Positions 62,501-64,000 of a DNA stretch of 64,000 bases are shown here, piece after piece. Under the pieces are notes generated by a model. It was not told where the DNA came from, made no database searches, and worked only from the letters and a program-made list of their open reading frames with translations. This stretch comes from Dudresnaya verticillata. Taxonomy: Eukaryota. The translations under genes were made by a program, and so were the position numbers. The stretch spans positions 2,914,001 to 2,978,000 of the forward strand of contig OZ374557.1 in NCBI GenBank assembly GCA_977862235.1, read 5' to 3'. Numbering within the stretch: the stretch's first letter is position 1; each line of letters starts with the position of its first letter.

Positions 62501-64000
62501 AACTGTTGTCCTTTCCTTCAGGACTTGAAATGGCGACCCCTCCCCGCAAATATCAACGCCTGAACTCCAACTGTTGTCCACATCTATCCATATTAAGAGC
62601 TGCGAAGGCTCCCCATCCCGATATCGCCAGGACCTGCTGACCAGCATACAGGCCACGAAGCCTTCTCGGCGTCGCTCAGGAATACTGAAAAGCGATCAAA
62701 AGTCCCCTGGAAGCACGGCCGTGCTTTGCAAGTCTGTAGTCGTTGTCTGGTTAGCGTTCGCGATTTCGTTACAGCCTCCGTAGATACAATCAACTTTCGC
62801 ACCAGCGCTTAACAGGTTGATGATGTACTTCTCAACACCTTTTGCCTCCTCAACTGCTCGCTTTGAACGTTCCGTCGGGCAGGTTCTGGAAGCGACACAC
62901 CAGCAGGCAGCAATTTGTCCAGTCACGATAACACCCGGGGCCCCGGTGTAGTTTGCTCTCAAGGCACAGGAACGTGCTGAACGCGGATGTGTTACAACAT
63001 GCCTCGCAACTCGCTTAATATGAACATCCACTGTTATTCCTGTGGTCACTCTAACGATGTTCTCCCCTTTTGAAACGAACTACATCTCAGAAGCGTTTAA
63101 ACCATTTGGGTGGTGCCTCACAGCTCTTGTTATCTCGATGGATTCGAGGTCAGCAGGACTCTGGGCGTAGCTGCAGTCAGACTCCGGGGCCCGGGGGTTG
63201 CCGGTGTTGAAGTTAGGAAACAAGTTTTTAATACAAGGTAAGTTGCCACATCCATCTTGGCCCACTCCAAGGGTATTATAATCTTGCCAGGAGCAAATCG
63301 TCGTGCCCTCTCGTCTGCTTCAAGGTTTGCAGCGTGTTCAGGAGGTCAGGGAGCGGCCGCTCTCACTCTCTTATTCCGCCCTCTCATGTGTCCACACTCT
63401 TCTTCAACGGCAGTGAAAGAGATCCCCCTTCCCCTCTTCTTCAGATCTTGCTTCGTAACAGCAATGGAAACATTGTAACTCGCAACGAAGCAATGTTTGA
63501 TTGCGAACGGGAATATCGTTCGTTGGATGGTAGAATACACAGGTAGCGAGGCCTCGCGACTTTGAAGTCGCTCCAGCCAGTTGCCCAGCCTCTGCAAAGT
63601 TTCATACTGACGCACAGTCATTCGGACGCTTCCACAAACACAAACGAGAGCGAACAGCTCCTCCTATTTCAGCAGAGTTCTTCTTTTGTGCAGAAACGTC
63701 ACGAGATCCAGCGGAGAAAATGGCGCCCGTACCGCAGAACCAACGGAAGTCCGGCCGGACGCGTCCATCCTGTTGCGCGAATCGAAGTAAGCGAAGGGCT
63801 GCGGCCCTTCGATTTTTGCAACAGGGTCACATAACCTATCTTGCTCCCACCTCCTCACAGATTCACCATTTGTCAGGTCGATGATCTCATCGAAAGAATC
63901 AAGCAACTCGGGGGCACATCATCTTCATCGAAATCTGGACTTTCTTGCCCGGCTCCAGGAAGGGGCCCCTTACAGGAGCCTCGCGGGAGCACCTCGTCTC
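59538..64000 (-). mobile_element. CACTA/EnSpm (CMC/Plavaka-like) DNA transposon, one end in the window
   Basis: CACTACGATGGCG terminus at 59538, subterminal ATGCGCC repeats (59610-59850), transposase remnants on the minus strand. Confidence 0.8.
59927..63906 (-). pseudogene. CMC/Plavaka-like transposase, heavily broken
   Basis: LLYCDDFQP...SAGGCYLLPLGL, TTPGVSTNEV, GFIADFSAA...GH...CTHC, APDQLLTG, KPNLHRL...FG...LVFEGAHSPLKR. Confidence 0.82.

Noticed and set aside
1..64000. tRNA, rRNA or prokaryotic operon features
   Set aside because: None recognised by eye; tRNAscan/Infernal were not run.

Overview
A eukaryotic, apparently intron-poor window made almost entirely of nested, mostly decayed transposons. 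The element repertoire suggests a red-algal genome, but that is inference only. From left to right: (1) the 3' end of a chromodomain Ty3/Gypsy element with its LTR (1-1823); (2) a complete 9.3-kb Mutator-like element (3058-12326) with ~170-bp TIRs and a 9-bp TSD GGAGGAACT, whose single + frame joins a Ulp1/C48 protease to the MULE-SWIM transposase, plus an opposite-strand gene with a YNNRGG low-complexity tract; (3) an ET-domain gene remnant and a C2H2 zinc-finger gene; (4) the main candidate discovery, a ~25.9-kb element (16622-42493) bounded by 13-bp inverted termini AGGGGACGAAACA; (5) two further termini of that family, a near-complete Gypsy element with a long antisense ORF (45065-56417), two tail-to-tail LTRs, a second antisense-ORF homologue, and a CACTA-ended element running off the window. 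The 25.9-kb element encodes a KDZ (Kyakuja-Dileera-Zisupton)-type transposase, a Ulp1-like protease, a Sen1/Upf1-like helicase, a PIF1-like helicase and two orphan genes. It has degenerate ~30-bp-period arrays of the palindrome CTGTGAAAT-NN-ATTTCACAG in every intergenic gap. Most genes carry in-frame stops or frameshifts. All domain calls are by-eye motif recognition; no searches were run.
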